NCBI GenBank assembly: GCA_937930175.1
Contig: CALGLP010000015.1
Span: 68,174 to 132,173 of the forward strand
DNA: 64,000 bases
Source of the DNA: an uncultured bacterium
GTDB taxonomy: Bacteria; Omnitrophota; Gorgyraeia; Zapsychrales; Aceulaceae
Reading direction: 5' to 3'
Positions 18,877 through 29,670 of this stretch are shown here, piece after piece. A program made the translations under genes and the position numbers. The notes under the pieces are model-generated. The model worked only from the letters and a program-made list of their open reading frames with translations. It searched no databases and was not told the origin of the DNA. Each line of letters opens with the position of its first letter. Position 1 is the stretch's first letter.

Positions 18877-21354
18877 TTAAACAACAATATTCACAATCTT
18901 ATTCGGAACGACGATAAAACGTTTAATCTCTTTGCCCACAACATGGGCCTTGATCTTTTCATCAGCAAAAATAACAGCTCTCAGCTCTTCTTCAGGACAA
19001 TTAAGTGGGACATCAAATTTCCCACGCAGCTTACCATTAATCTGAACAACAATCGACGCCTTCTCCAGCTGCAAGGCTTTTTCATCACACACCGGCCAAG
19101 CGACATCGCTAATACTTTTATTTTTCTTACCCATCAGCTGCCACAGTTCCTCACACGTATGCGGCGTAATGACAGAAAGCAAAAGAACCAAGGTTTCCAG
19201 GGCGCGATTGAGCGTTGCTTGATGCACACCGGCCTTGGCTTTCTTTTCTTTCACATATTGCTCAATGCTGTTTAACAAAACCATGGCACTGCTGATCGCA
19301 GTATTAAATTTATATCCTCGCTCAATATTTTCTGTAAATTTTTTAATCGCGCTATGCCAATCACGTTCAAGCGCTTTATCCATGTCATCAAGCGGGGTCG
19401 CAGTTGCATGCATGACATAAGCGGTTTCCACAGCCGCCCAGACCCGCGACAAGAACCGCCAAGAACCGTCAATGGCATTGTCATTCCATTCCAGCTGATC
19501 TTCAGGAGGCGCGGCAAATAAAATAAAAAGCCGTAAGGTATCAGCCCCATACTTGCTAATCACCGCGTCAGGATCAACAGTATTGCCCTTGGACTTGGAC
19601 ATCACCTCGCCATCTTTTAAAACCATACCCTGCGTCAAGAGGCGCGTAAAGGGCTCGTCGAAATAGACGAGCCCAAGATCCTTGAAAAATTTCGTGAAAA
19701 ACCTTGAATATAAAAGATGCAAAATCGCATGCTCAATACCGCCGATATATTGATCAACCGGCATCCAATACGCGGCTTCATCTTTATTAAAAATCTCTTT
19801 AGCATTATGCGCAGACGCATACCGCAAAAAGTACCATGATGAATCAAAAAACGTTGCCATCGTGTCGGTTTCACGCCGCGCTTTCTTTCCACACTTAGGA
19901 CATTGAACATAAACAAATTTTTCACTTTTGGCCAACGGACTTCCGCCTTCACCGGTAATTTTGATGTCTTCGGGTAACACCACGGGCAAATCCTTTTCCG
20001 GCACGGGAACAATACCACAGGTATCGCAATAAATCACAGGAATAGGCGTCCCCCAATAACGCTGGCGCGAAATAAGCCAATCGCGAAGCCGCCAATGCGT
20101 GACGACCTTGCCACTCTTTTCTTGTTCCATCCACTGTGCAATTTTTGCTAACGATTCAACGTTGTTCATGCCATTAAACTGGCCAGAGTTCACAAGAGTC
20201 CCTTCGCCCGTATAGGCTTCTTTTAAATCTGCAACCGTCAGATCCAGGCGACATGGATCTTCAATAACAATACGCATAGGAAGAGCATGCTCCTTAGCAA
20301 ATAAGAAATCTCGCTGATCATGCGTGGGAACCGCCATGATAGCTCCAGTGCCGTATTCCATCAAAACATAATCTGCGATCCAGACGGGCACGCGTTCCTT
20401 ATTCACAGGATTAATCGCGTATTGGCCAGTAAAAATACCCTGCTTCTTTAAGCCTTCAGCTATGCGATCGGCCTTGCTCACCAAGCTTATTCTCTTAACA
20501 AAATCCATGACTTCTTTCTCATCGGGCGTAGCCTTAACAAGCTTCGCAACCAAAGGGTGTTCCGGCGCCAAAACAACATAAGTAGCCCCAAAAATCGTAT
20601 CTTGACGGGTTGTAAAAACAGGCAGAGTTTCGCCGGTTTTCTCGCATTTGAAGCAAATCTCGACGCCAAGACTCTTGCCAATCCAATTCTTTTGCATGGC
20701 TACAACGCGCTGCGGCCAATCTTTCAAAGTATCGAGATCTTCAAGAAGCTTTTCGCTATACTGTGTAATTTTGAGATACCATTGCTCGAGATCTTTTTGC
20801 ACCACGTCGGTCTTGCACCGCCAGCATCCGCCCTGAATGACTTCTTCATTGGCAAGCGTTGTGGCACAGCTTGGGCACCAGTTAACCGACGAGGCCTTTT
20901 TGTACGCGAGACCCTTTTCCATCATCTTTAAGAAAATCCACTGATTCCATTGATAATATTCTTGATCACAGGTAGCGATTTCCCTATCCCAATCATAGGA
21001 AAATCCCATCTTTTCAAAACCTTCATGCATTTCAGCAATGCACCGATAGGTCCACTTCGCAGGATCAGTCTTGTGCTTAATAGCAGCATTTTCGGCAGGC
21101 TGGCCAAAGGCATCGTAGCCGATAGGGTGCAATACATGAAAACCTTGCATCTTCTTCATGCGGGCAATCACATCGGCAATGGTATAGTTACGGACATGGC
21201 CCATATGAATTTTTCCCGATGGATACGGAAACATCTCCAAGACATAGTATTTAGGCTTCAGAGGATCAGCCTTGGCACCAAAAACCTTGCCCTCTTTCCA
21301 GGCCTTCTGCCATTTGGCTTCCATGTGTTTGATACGTTCAATGTCATAACTCAT
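18877..21354 (-). CDS. leuS: Leucine--tRNA ligase
   Basis: Class I signatures [11 protein letters not shown] (HIGH) and VMSKSKGN (KMSKS). 825 aa, LeuS-type editing and anticodon regions. Confidence 0.95.
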   Translation of the reverse strand: MSYDIERIKHMEAKWQKAWKEGKVFGAKADPLKPKYYVLEMFPYPSGKIHMGHVRNYTIADVIARMKKMQGFHVLHPIGYDAFGQPAENAAIKHKTDPAKWTYRCIAEMHEGFEKMGFSYDWDREIATCDQEYYQWNQWIFLKMMEKGLAYKKASSVNWCPSCATTLANEEVIQGGCWRCKTDVVQKDLEQWYLKITQYSEKLLEDLDTLKDWPQRVVAMQKNWIGKSLGVEICFKCEKTGETLPVFTTRQDTIFGATYVVLAPEHPLVAKLVKATPDEKEVMDFVKRISLVSKADRIAEGLKKQGIFTGQYAINPVNKERVPVWIADYVLMEYGTGAIMAVPTHDQRDFLFAKEHALPMRIVIEDPCRLDLTVADLKEAYTGEGTLVNSGQFNGMNNVESLAKIAQWMEQEKSGKVVTHWRLRDWLISRQRYWGTPIPVIYCDTCGIVPVPEKDLPVVLPEDIKITGEGGSPLAKSEKFVYVQCPKCGKKARRETDTMATFFDSSWYFLRYASAHNAKEIFNKDEAAYWMPVDQYIGGIEHAILHLLYSRFFTKFFKDLGLVYFDEPFTRLLTQGMVLKDGEVMSKSKGNTVDPDAVISKYGADTLRLFILFAAPPEDQLEWNDNAIDGSWRFLSRVWAAVETAYVMHATATPLDDMDKALERDWHSAIKKFTENIERGYKFNTAISSAMVLLNSIEQYVKEKKAKAGVHQATLNRALETLVLLLSVITPHTCEELWQLMGKKNKSISDVAWPVCDEKALQLEKASIVVQINGKLRGKFDVPLNCPEEELRAVIFADEKIKAHVVGKEIKRFIVVPNKIVNIVV

Positions 21355-21444
21355 AGTTAATTATTTTATACTAATAAATTGATATTGAAAGATTTTTTTC
21401 ATCAGAAGACCTAAAAGCTGCCTATTTCTAGCTGATAAATAATA

Positions 21445-21473
21445 TTGTGCACCCTGGAGTTGTTTGTTATAAT
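21445..21473 (+). promoter_or_regulatory. Sigma70-like promoter candidate for the transporter operon
   Basis: TTGTGC, a 17-nt spacer, then TATAAT, about 65 nt upstream of the ATG at 21540. A GGGAGG RBS lies at 21528. Confidence 0.45.
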
Positions 21474-21539
21474 CAAAACTTCTCAGGCGTAAAGTAAACA
21501 TCGCGCACTCTTAACAACTAAGGACAAGGGAGGTAGTTC

Positions 21540-23282
21540 ATGGGAAACGCAACCCACCACGCAACGGCACCTGAAGATCGCATTCCTTTCTTTCAGAAAT
21601 TTATCTACGGCATGGGATCCTTGGCCAACGATAGCCAAGCTGCCTGGATCGGTCAAATGGTCGCTATTTTAATTCTCGGATTAGGCATAAGCCCCCATTT
21701 GGTAGGACTCATCGGATTTATTCCCCGTATTTTTGATGCTATTCTAGACCCTATTATTGGCTACAGCTCAGACAACGCACGCACCCAATATGGTCGTCGC
21801 AAGCCATTTATCTTTTTTGGAGCAATCTTTGCTGGAATTTGTTACATGCTCATGTTCCACCTTTACAAGGAGAATAGTCCTACATTCAACGGATGGTACT
21901 TTCTAATACTTCAAGTCATCTTTTTTGGTGCTTTTACTTGCTATTCGATCCCCTGGATCGCCTTAGGATATGAAATGACACCAGATTATCATGAGCGAAC
22001 AAGCCTACAAAGCTGGAGCAGAGCCTTTGCTCAGATCCCCTGGCTTATCGCGCCTTGGTGCTGGGCCATCATGTTTAACAAAAACTGGTTTAGCAATCCT
22101 GAAACCGGAGAAGCAGATGCCGTTTTGGGATCACGAGTTGTCGCGATCATTATTGGGCTTATCATCATATTGGCAGGCGTCCTTCCGGCCATTTTTATTA
22201 AAGAACGTTTTGCTGATCTTCCAAAACCAAATAAAATTACAGGTAACTTTCTCAAAAATTTAAAAGCACATAATTCAAGATTCGTTACTAAACTCCTTGC
22301 TGCATTTTGCCTTGTATCTTTCGGATTTTCTTTTTATATTAATTGGGCAAATTACCCTTGGTATTCTTTGGAAATAAGAATCGCGGCCATTCTTTTGGGA
22401 GGCGCCTTGCTAACAGGTACCTTCCTTCTACTTTATGCCAATCCTGTGCTTAAAAAGCTCTTTGACAGCATTGCCATCACTTTTAAGATTAAGGTGTTTG
22501 TTAAGATCTGCGCGGTGACCTTCCTGATCTTTAATGGATTTATGCTCAGCTCCACTTTTATTCTTTGGGTCATTTTCTTCTACGTCTTTAAGAATGCGCC
22601 AGACACAGGATTGGCTTACGCGGCAGGAGGAAAACTCCTTGGCGTCTATGGAACTTTTAGCGCTATTTGCACTGTTGGTGTTGTTTCTTTTATTCCTTGG
22701 CTTTCGAGGAAATTAGGAAAACGAAACGCCTTTTTTGTCACCATCCCCATCTCAATCATCGGTTATGGAATGAAATGGTTCGGATACACTCAGGTCCATC
22801 CTGCCAATAGCGAACTATGGCAGATGTTAAACGGCAGCGGTTTTGTTAATTTTGTACAGGTTTGTGTATTTGTAGCCCGGGAACATTATTTGCTATTAGC
22901 CTGTGCGCCGTTTATTGTCTTTGGTTTAGGGTCCCTCTTCACCATTATCCTATCTATGGTCGCCGATGTTTGTGACATTGACGAGCTTGCGACCGGTGAG
23001 CGTCGAGAAGGAACGTTCAGCGCCGTATACTGGTGGATGGTCAAAATGGGACTCGCTATCGCCGGGCTTCTAGGTGGAGCCATGCTAACGTGGACCGGCT
23101 TTAATCAAGCAGCGGGTCTCGCCCAAAAAGCAGATACTTTACTATGGATGCGCATTTTTGATATCTCCATTCCCATTGCAACCTCCCTCATCGCTATTTT
23201 TATTATCAAGACCATTGATTTGACAGAAGACAAGGCCTATGATATTCGTAAACAGTTAGAAAACAGACGAGGAAAGGTATAG
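21540..23282 (+). CDS. Glycoside-pentoside-hexuronide (GPH)/MFS_2 family sugar:cation symporter
   Basis: 12-TM protein carrying the GPH family motif DNARTQYGRRKPF in loop 2-3. An extended central loop gives 580 aa. Confidence 0.6.
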   Translation: MGNATHHATAPEDRIPFFQKFIYGMGSLANDSQAAWIGQMVAILILGLGISPHLVGLIGFIPRIFDAILDPIIGYSSDNARTQYGRRKPFIFFGAIFAGICYMLMFHLYKENSPTFNGWYFLILQVIFFGAFTCYSIPWIALGYEMTPDYHERTSLQSWSRAFAQIPWLIAPWCWAIMFNKNWFSNPETGEADAVLGSRVVAIIIGLIIILAGVLPAIFIKERFADLPKPNKITGNFLKNLKAHNSRFVTKLLAAFCLVSFGFSFYINWANYPWYSLEIRIAAILLGGALLTGTFLLLYANPVLKKLFDSIAITFKIKVFVKICAVTFLIFNGFMLSSTFILWVIFFYVFKNAPDTGLAYAAGGKLLGVYGTFSAICTVGVVSFIPWLSRKLGKRNAFFVTIPISIIGYGMKWFGYTQVHPANSELWQMLNGSGFVNFVQVCVFVAREHYLLLACAPFIVFGLGSLFTIILSMVADVCDIDELATGERREGTFSAVYWWMVKMGLAIAGLLGGAMLTWTGFNQAAGLAQKADTLLWMRIFDISIPIATSLIAIFIIKTIDLTEDKAYDIRKQLENRRGKV

Positions 23283-23289
23283 TCAAAGC

Positions 23290-24243
23290 GTGGATCAAAA
23301 CGTAGAAAAACAAACCAATCATAAAAATATGAACTCAAAACCAATGATCATTTTCCCATACTTGGGATATGAAAATAATAAAAAATGCGAGTGGTATTTC
23401 TGGTGGACCGTTGATCGCTGCAAAGAGATTGATCCCAAGCCGATCGTTGTCTTACCTCGAGATACGATCCTGCGCCAAGATGCTGTTTCGTTTATCAATG
23501 ATGAACGATACAAAACCCTTGAAGTGATCCAAACCTGGTCCGTTGATTCCTGCCAGACCTGGCTTGCCGGCTGGGGCCACATCCTTGATCATTACCCTCA
23601 AGCCGAACGCATTGTGCAAATACCCGGTGACATTGACTTTGTCGAAGAGGATGTCGAATTCTACGACAATCTCACCAACTTTATCAAAACGACAACATCC
23701 GATATTGCGATCGGTGATTTTAGGACAGGTGACCAATACAGCGCAAAAAGCTTAGTCGATACCTACGGTACCTATTCCCTGCTCGCCAACTGGTTCCCGG
23801 AGATCTCAAAAAGCATACGATCACTGCCGCTGAACCGACCAAGATCTGAATTTCTTAATATCAAAACAGCTGTGTTACGCGAGCTGGTTATCAACAACAG
23901 GACTTTTGCTTATGAGCAAACCTTAAATTTTCTTATCAAAAGTTGGAATTATGATGACGCCAAATGGAAATACAATATCTCTGTATCTCGCCTAGGGACC
24001 TTATCTGACAATAAATCTTTTAGAAATTACAGAGCCTCTGTTGACCAGATCGAAAGAATTGAACGCATGCTTTCCTTATTATGGCGAGAGATCAAACAAC
24101 CAAAGAAAAAAGACACCGTAAGCGACAAAGAGTTCGAGAAGCAATATACCCTCTATAGCAATGAATATGATAATCTCTTTACAAAATCAAGGGGCATTAT
24201 GGACACCGCCCGAACAACCCTCAGAGCCCTCCTGGGCGTATAA
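23290..24243 (+). CDS. Hypothetical protein, probably co-transcribed with the GPH transporter
   Basis: No recognised motif; it has a DxD-like IPGDIDF segment. The start is uncertain: GTG at 23290, or ATG at 23329 or 23344. None has a clear RBS. Confidence 0.4.
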   Translation: MDQNVEKQTNHKNMNSKPMIIFPYLGYENNKKCEWYFWWTVDRCKEIDPKPIVVLPRDTILRQDAVSFINDERYKTLEVIQTWSVDSCQTWLAGWGHILDHYPQAERIVQIPGDIDFVEEDVEFYDNLTNFIKTTTSDIAIGDFRTGDQYSAKSLVDTYGTYSLLANWFPEISKSIRSLPLNRPRSEFLNIKTAVLRELVINNRTFAYEQTLNFLIKSWNYDDAKWKYNISVSRLGTLSDNKSFRNYRASVDQIERIERMLSLLWREIKQPKKKDTVSDKEFEKQYTLYSNEYDNLFTKSRGIMDTARTTLRALLGV

Positions 24244-24299
24244 GCTCAGACTTCATTTTCTTTTTAAAAAACTTCTGCGGGAATACAACTAAAAAACCA

Positions 24300-24719
24300 C
24301 TAAAGAGAGCTTTTAAACTTAACCAAAAGTTCTTGAGCAACGGTTAAGTGCTGCTGGCTAATTTCACAGGTAAAATCTTTATCAAGAAACCCGGAAAAAC
24401 CTTCCAATTGGCATTTATCAATTTCATTGAGATTAAGAAAAGCCATGGTCCAATCCTTAAACCTACGCTCCTCAATGGGCTGGTCATGCATTAAAATAAC
24501 GCTCGCATGTCTCTTGTCTTGTTTAATGATCCTAAAAAGATCAAAAACAATATCTTTCTCACCCTCAAGAACTTGAAAAAAATGTTTTTTATAATACACC
24601 AGAATCCCTGTCACCCTTAACGCAGCATTACTTTGGCGACTTTGGTTCAAGAGGCTGATAAGTTCCTCCTTAGCATACGGAGCTGTTTCTACGCTAACAT
24701 ATAGGAGCTGATGGAGCAT
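24300..24719 (-). CDS. BLUF domain (blue-light FAD sensor) protein, stand-alone
   Basis: LHQLLYVSVETAPYAKEELISLLNQSRQSNAALRVTGILVYYKKHFFQVLEGEKDIVFDLFRIIKQDKRH matches the BLUF pattern Y-x-L-x-Y-x-S...N...ITG-L...F-Q-x-LEG...D-x-RH, including the conserved Tyr and Gln. Confidence 0.75.
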   Translation of the reverse strand: MLHQLLYVSVETAPYAKEELISLLNQSRQSNAALRVTGILVYYKKHFFQVLEGEKDIVFDLFRIIKQDKRHASVILMHDQPIEERRFKDWTMAFLNLNEIDKCQLEGFSGFLDKDFTCEISQQHLTVAQELLVKFKSSL

Positions 24720-24814
24720 AATCCCTCTCTTTCTTAAGCCTAGCTCAATCATTGTGCCTTAACGCAGCCTCTTTTTCAAGGAGTAAATCTAAGAGATCAA
24801 AGACTAGAAATCCT

Positions 24815-24851
24815 TCCTTAAAAGAAGAACCCCGTGATTTTATTCACGGGG
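24815..24851 (-). terminator. Rho-independent terminator downstream of speD
   Basis: CCCCGTGA-TTTTAT-TCACGGGG hairpin followed on the minus strand by TTCTTCTTTT. Confidence 0.6.
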
Positions 24852-24888
24852 TTTATCAAAAAATAAAATCCGACAAGGTAATGGCGAA

Positions 24889-25347
24889 TTACATCTTTCG
24901 GCTTAAAACCACCTCCGGCTCTTCATCCAAAACTTTATTCACGGTCATGGTCATATAATTGCTATCGGTCTTGTAATAATCCATGCCACGCTCAATGTAT
25001 TGATCGTCAATCTTTACAGGAGCAAAGAACTTGCGACACATATCGCGCGCCACATCAGAATTAAAAGCTTTACAACAATAAACATCAACAGAAATATAAT
25101 TCTTAGGTGTGAGCGTGTGGATCACTATAGAGCTTTCAATCAAAGGAGCCCAGCCAGAAAGTCCGGCCTTATCAGGAAAACGAGTCGCATCACTTCGAAA
25201 GATACTCGGCGGAGATTGCTTCTCCATGCCCAATTTCTCAACAATCTCATCTAGAAATTGATAACACAACGAAAGGTCATCGCAAGCACCCTCCTTGCAT
25301 CCATAGAGATCTAAAAGTAGCTGATATCCAAAAACTTGGTTCGTCAT
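24889..25347 (-). CDS. speD: S-adenosylmethionine decarboxylase proenzyme (pyruvoyl-dependent, SpeH type)
   Basis: LLLDLYGC...GLSGWAPLIESSIVIHTLTPKNYISVDVYCC. The ES|S processing site and surrounding pattern fit small bacterial/archaeal AdoMetDC. Confidence 0.75.
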   Translation of the reverse strand: MTNQVFGYQLLLDLYGCKEGACDDLSLCYQFLDEIVEKLGMEKQSPPSIFRSDATRFPDKAGLSGWAPLIESSIVIHTLTPKNYISVDVYCCKAFNSDVARDMCRKFFAPVKIDDQYIERGMDYYKTDSNYMTMTVNKVLDEEPEVVLSRKM

Positions 25348-25429
25348 CTTCCTTGTCCTTCCTTTCTTGTGTCTTCAATTACTTATGTTATAAAAACGTC
25401 AGAAAAAAGCAAGAAAAAATCCTTTTTTC

Positions 25430-25822
25430 TTAAGAAATTTTTTTTCGCTTGGCATGAGTTCTTCTCACCGTCGCCTTGCCCCATGTCTTTTCGAAAATAC
25501 GGCATAAATGCCGATAATACGGCGCCGTTCTTCCTTTTTCTAAAGGGAACTCTCTGCAAAAATGGGGACGGACAGAATAGATCACGCAACGATTCTTGTT
25601 ATCCTGAAAAACACAGGTCCCGCCCCGACGGATCGTTATAAAATGATGCGTTCCGTCAAACTCCTCATGGTGTTCGACCACGCGAAACCATGGCTTTTTC
25701 ACTTGAGGATGAAAATCCAAAATCCTTGTGAGTTCTTTCTGATCAAGTTCAACACCCAAATAACAACATGATCCCTGTTGGCATACCTTACAATGATTCA
25801 GATCAGGCAATGATTGTTTCAT
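25430..25822 (-). CDS. YkgJ-family Cys-cluster protein (putative Zn/Fe-chelating domain, CxxCxxxxCC)
   Basis: N-terminal CKVCQQGSCC motif plus additional Cys/His residues. About 130 aa. Confidence 0.55.
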   Translation of the reverse strand: MKQSLPDLNHCKVCQQGSCCYLGVELDQKELTRILDFHPQVKKPWFRVVEHHEEFDGTHHFITIRRGGTCVFQDNKNRCVIYSVRPHFCREFPLEKGRTAPYYRHLCRIFEKTWGKATVRRTHAKRKKIS

Positions 25823-25855
25823 GATCCCTGCACGCTCAAGACCTTTCCTTTGCTG

Positions 25856-26488
25856 TCATGAATTATTCATTTTAAAAAGTTTGCTGTATTTGTCAATCTC
25901 TTTTTTAACATCAGGCTTTGTCACCGTAGCAGAAATAGCACAAAGGCAATCTGCCCCGGCGGCAATGACCTCGCCAGCATTCTCCAGATGAATGCCTCCA
26001 ATAGCCACCAAAGGAAGAGTACAAACCTTTTTGATCTGATAAATCAAATCCGTTCCGCAAGGTGGATCAGCATCCGGTTTTGTTGACGTTGCGAAGATAG
26101 GGCCCACGCCAATATAATCCGCACCTCTATCCTGCGCTTGTAGAGCCTCGCGAAGCGTGCAAACACTAACGCCAATAATCTTTTCTTTCCCCAACGCCTT
26201 TCGTGCATGAAAATACGCAATATCGGTTTGGCCAATATGAAGTCCATCAGCATCGACCTCAATCGCAAGATCAAGTGAATCATTAACAATCAAGGGAATA
26301 GTTGTGCACAAGGCGCGGAGAAGCAAAGCCTCTTGAAGCATCACAGAAAAAGAGCTATTCTTTTCTCGATACTGAACAGCACAAACAGAAGCTTGAAGTG
26401 CAGCACGCACATCTTGGACATTGCCCTGTTTACTCAATGCACGATCGGTAATAAAATAAAATCCCTTACCGAGACTTTTTTTCATCAT
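25856..26488 (-). CDS. thiE: Thiamine-phosphate synthase
   Basis: FYFITD start, with GADYIGVGPIFATSTKPDA and LPLVAIGGI motifs typical of ThiE. Confidence 0.85.
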   Translation of the reverse strand: MMKKSLGKGFYFITDRALSKQGNVQDVRAALQASVCAVQYREKNSSFSVMLQEALLLRALCTTIPLIVNDSLDLAIEVDADGLHIGQTDIAYFHARKALGKEKIIGVSVCTLREALQAQDRGADYIGVGPIFATSTKPDADPPCGTDLIYQIKKVCTLPLVAIGGIHLENAGEVIAAGADCLCAISATVTKPDVKKEIDKYSKLFKMNNS

Positions 26489-28355
26489 TTCTCTTTTTGA
26501 GATAAACCATTAAAATGGATATTGCCGCCGGTGTTACGCCAGAAATACGGTGGGCTTGGCCCAGGGTCGCAGGATGGAAAGCGGCAAGCTTATGCTGAAT
26601 TTCTTTTGATACCCCGGGAATCAACATATAATCAAAATCATCAGGTATTTTAATATGCTCTAAATATTTAAACTTTTCAACATCTTTCATCTGACGTGCA
26701 ATAAAACCCTCGTATTTAATTTCATACTCAATCTGCTCAGCAACCTCTCTGGTGTAATCACACCCTAGATCACTAAAGCGCGTGATCGCATCAAAAGAAA
26801 TCTCTGGGCGCTTTAAAAGATCGCCAAGCGTCGTAATATTATGCAAGGGCGCGCTCTTGTGATCAATAAGCACTTGATCGAGGGCCATCCCAGGACGAAT
26901 ACGTGTCTCTTTTAAATGCGCAATCGTCTTTTCAATAAGGGCATATTTTTGCTTAATCTGCTGATACCGCCCTGGTGTTATCAATCCAAGCCGATAGGCA
27001 TGTTCGCACATGCGCTCATCCGCGTTATCTTCGCGAACAATCAAACGATATTCCACGCGCGAAGTAAACATCCGATACGGCTCTTCGGTCCCCTTGGTCA
27101 CGAGATCGTCAATCAACACCCCGATATATGACTCATCACGTCTTAAAATAAAAGGCTCTTTACCTTGGACCTTTAATGCCGCATTGATGCCCGCCACAAT
27201 CCCTTGCCCAGCGGCCTCTTCATAGCCAGTCGTGCCATTCATTTGGCCCGCAAAAAAGAGTCCCTGGATCCGCTTGCTCTCCAAGGTCGCCTTGAGCTCG
27301 GTCGATGCGATCACATCATGTTCAATCGAATATCCAAAACGCACAATCCTTGCCTGTTCCAAGCCAGCAATGGAATGCACCATCGCTTCCTGAACATCCT
27401 CCGGAAGCCCCGTCGAGATCCCATTAGGATAATAAAGATCGGTGTCTAAACCTTCTGGCTCAAGAAACACATGATGCTGCTTCTTGCTTGCAAATTTAAC
27501 AAGCTTATCTTCAATGGACGGACAATAACGCACACCTGTTGATTTTATCTTTCCAGAGTACATCGGTGATAAATGCAAATTGGCTCGAATAATCTCATGC
27601 GTGTGTTCATTCGTGGTCGTTATAAAACAAGGTAAAAGTTTTTGATCCGAAGGAATTTCTTTTGTCAGAAAAGAGAATGGAACAGGCCGCTCGTCTGAAT
27701 CTTGCCGGATCATCGAGGAAAAATCAATCGTCTTGCCATCAATCCGTGGAGGAGTGCCGGTCTTAAAGCTCATCAGATGAAATCCAAGATCTTTTAATGA
27801 TTGCGGCAAGCGCGTGGAACTCGGCTCATTGATACGTCCCGCAGGAAAGGTCTTCGTGCCCACATGAACTTTTCCGTTTAAAAAAGTTCCCGTCGCAATC
27901 ACGATCGTTTTGGCATAAAACTCTTCGTCGTCTTCCGTGCGGATCCCACGAACCTCAAATCCCTCTACAAGAATATCAGAAGCCTTAGCCTCTTTAAAAT
28001 CCAAATGCTCTTGGCGAGCAATCACCTCCTGCATATATAAGCAATACCGCTTGCGATCCGACTGGCACCGCGAAGAGCGCACGGCTGCACCCTTGGAGGC
28101 ATTAAGTTGCCGAAACTGAATACCGGTGGCGTCGGCTGCTTTTGCGATTTCTCCACCTAAGGCATCAACCTCTTTAACCAGTTGTCCTTTGCCTACGCCG
28201 CCAATAGCAGGATTGCAGCTCATTTCGCCGATTGTTTCAATCGACATATTCATTAAAAGCGTTGCGCAACCCATACGACTAGACGCAAGCGCGGCTTCAA
28301 TGCCGGCATGGCCAGCACCAATAACGATGCAATCATAACACTTATTGGTTATCAT
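26466..28355 (-). CDS. mnmG: tRNA uridine 5-carboxymethylaminomethyl modification enzyme MnmG (GidA)
   Basis: N-terminal FAD-binding DCIVIGAGHAGIEAA. 629 aa. A conserved C-terminal MnmE-interaction helical domain. Confidence 0.95.
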   Translation of the reverse strand: MITNKCYDCIVIGAGHAGIEAALASSRMGCATLLMNMSIETIGEMSCNPAIGGVGKGQLVKEVDALGGEIAKAADATGIQFRQLNASKGAAVRSSRCQSDRKRYCLYMQEVIARQEHLDFKEAKASDILVEGFEVRGIRTEDDEEFYAKTIVIATGTFLNGKVHVGTKTFPAGRINEPSSTRLPQSLKDLGFHLMSFKTGTPPRIDGKTIDFSSMIRQDSDERPVPFSFLTKEIPSDQKLLPCFITTTNEHTHEIIRANLHLSPMYSGKIKSTGVRYCPSIEDKLVKFASKKQHHVFLEPEGLDTDLYYPNGISTGLPEDVQEAMVHSIAGLEQARIVRFGYSIEHDVIASTELKATLESKRIQGLFFAGQMNGTTGYEEAAGQGIVAGINAALKVQGKEPFILRRDESYIGVLIDDLVTKGTEEPYRMFTSRVEYRLIVREDNADERMCEHAYRLGLITPGRYQQIKQKYALIEKTIAHLKETRIRPGMALDQVLIDHKSAPLHNITTLGDLLKRPEISFDAITRFSDLGCDYTREVAEQIEYEIKYEGFIARQMKDVEKFKYLEHIKIPDDFDYMLIPGVSKEIQHKLAAFHPATLGQAHRISGVTPAAISILMVYLKKRNDEKKSR

Positions 28356-28364
28356 GATTTATTA

Positions 28365-28538
28365 TTATTTTTTTCTAAGAGAAAAATACGTATTGATAAG
28401 AGTAAAGATGGCTAACAACAGGACAATAATATTGAGGTCAAGATACTGAAAACTTGTGAAGGTAATGACGAGAATACCGACAAGTGTTAGTGTCCATAAA
28501 ATATACAACATAACCGCAACAAGCTTATCCATCTCCAT
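28365..28538 (-). CDS. Small membrane protein candidate (57 aa), absent from the ORF track
   Basis: AAGGAG RBS 7 nt upstream of the ATG. Translation: MEMDKLVAVMLYILWTLTLVGILVITFTSFQYLDLNIIVLLLAIFTLINTYFSLRKK, two predicted TM helices. Lies immediately upstream of mnmG. Confidence 0.3.
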   Translation of the reverse strand: MEMDKLVAVMLYILWTLTLVGILVITFTSFQYLDLNIIVLLLAIFTLINTYFSLRKK

Positions 28539-28653
28539 TCTCCTTTAGAAGAAATATCGCACATTTTCTTACCCATAAGAATAACTTCTTAATGAAAGAA
28601 TGTCAATATGTTGTCGTGTTGAGACAAATAGTAAAGGAGTAAGAATAAAAAGA

Positions 28654-29661
28654 TTATACGCCTGGAACGGCGCAAGATTCTCGCACAACAAGTTCTGGGA
28701 CGAGGATTTGCTGAACAGCAGAGTGGCGACGCCCACCAACAATAGCGTTAAGTTGACGAACAGCTTCTTCAGCCATCTTAAACAAAGGCTGACGAATCGT
28801 TGTAAGGCTCACAGAGCTATAAAGACCTGCAGGATTATCATCAAAACCAACCACAGATAAATCTTTAGGAACTTTCAAACCTCTTTCCATAGCAAAATTG
28901 ATAATCTCCAGAGCCATATCATCACTGGCTGCGAAAATCGCGGTAGGACGATCCTTGCCCAGAGAGAGAAACTTCTCCAATCCCTGTCTGGCTGAGCGAC
29001 GGGAATAATCTCCCTCATAAACATAAGATTCATTGAATGGAAGCTTTTTCTGACCTAATCCACTTTTATATCCTTCAAATCGATGCTGCCCGCTTTGAGT
29101 TTGCAAGCCTCCCGTCACAGTGGCAATCTTAACATGCCCCAAACCCGCCAGATGCGCCACAGCCATCTCAGCGCCTTTCGCATTATCGATGGCAATAAAA
29201 TTAACCTTAAGATCATCCACGCGATTATTAATAACCATGCATGGAATCCCTTCTGCAAGAGTAGCCTCAATCTGTTTGCGATTTTCTATAATATCGGCAA
29301 AGATAATGCCTCCCGCATTGCTAATATTAAGAGGAGCATATCCTTTAGTAATATGAAAAATAAGGTCAAGGTGCAAGGCCTCACAAGCATGCCCAACACC
29401 ACGGATAATCTCAATGGCATAAAACGAATGGAAGATACCCGGATACCCGGGCATGACAAGACCTACGGCCGTATTAAGCCCTTTGGCAAGACGCTGAGCG
29501 CTGACATTGGGTTTAAAATTAAGGTGGGCAATAGCTTCTTCAACTTGCGCACGATTCTTGTCAGAAACAGAAGCAACATTATTAATAACACGCGAAACAG
29601 TGGTGATCGACACCCCTGCGCGCTTGGCTACATCGTTAATACTTGCTTTTTTTGTACTCAC
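28654..29661 (-). CDS. LacI-family transcriptional regulator
   Basis: N-terminal HTH (ASINDVAKRAGVSITTVSRVINN) plus a periplasmic-binding-protein-like sugar-binding core. GTG start at 29661. Confidence 0.9.
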   Translation of the reverse strand: MSTKKASINDVAKRAGVSITTVSRVINNVASVSDKNRAQVEEAIAHLNFKPNVSAQRLAKGLNTAVGLVMPGYPGIFHSFYAIEIIRGVGHACEALHLDLIFHITKGYAPLNISNAGGIIFADIIENRKQIEATLAEGIPCMVINNRVDDLKVNFIAIDNAKGAEMAVAHLAGLGHVKIATVTGGLQTQSGQHRFEGYKSGLGQKKLPFNESYVYEGDYSRRSARQGLEKFLSLGKDRPTAIFAASDDMALEIINFAMERGLKVPKDLSVVGFDDNPAGLYSSVSLTTIRQPLFKMAEEAVRQLNAIVGGRRHSAVQQILVPELVVRESCAVPGV

Positions 29662-29670
29662 AGAAAGGTC

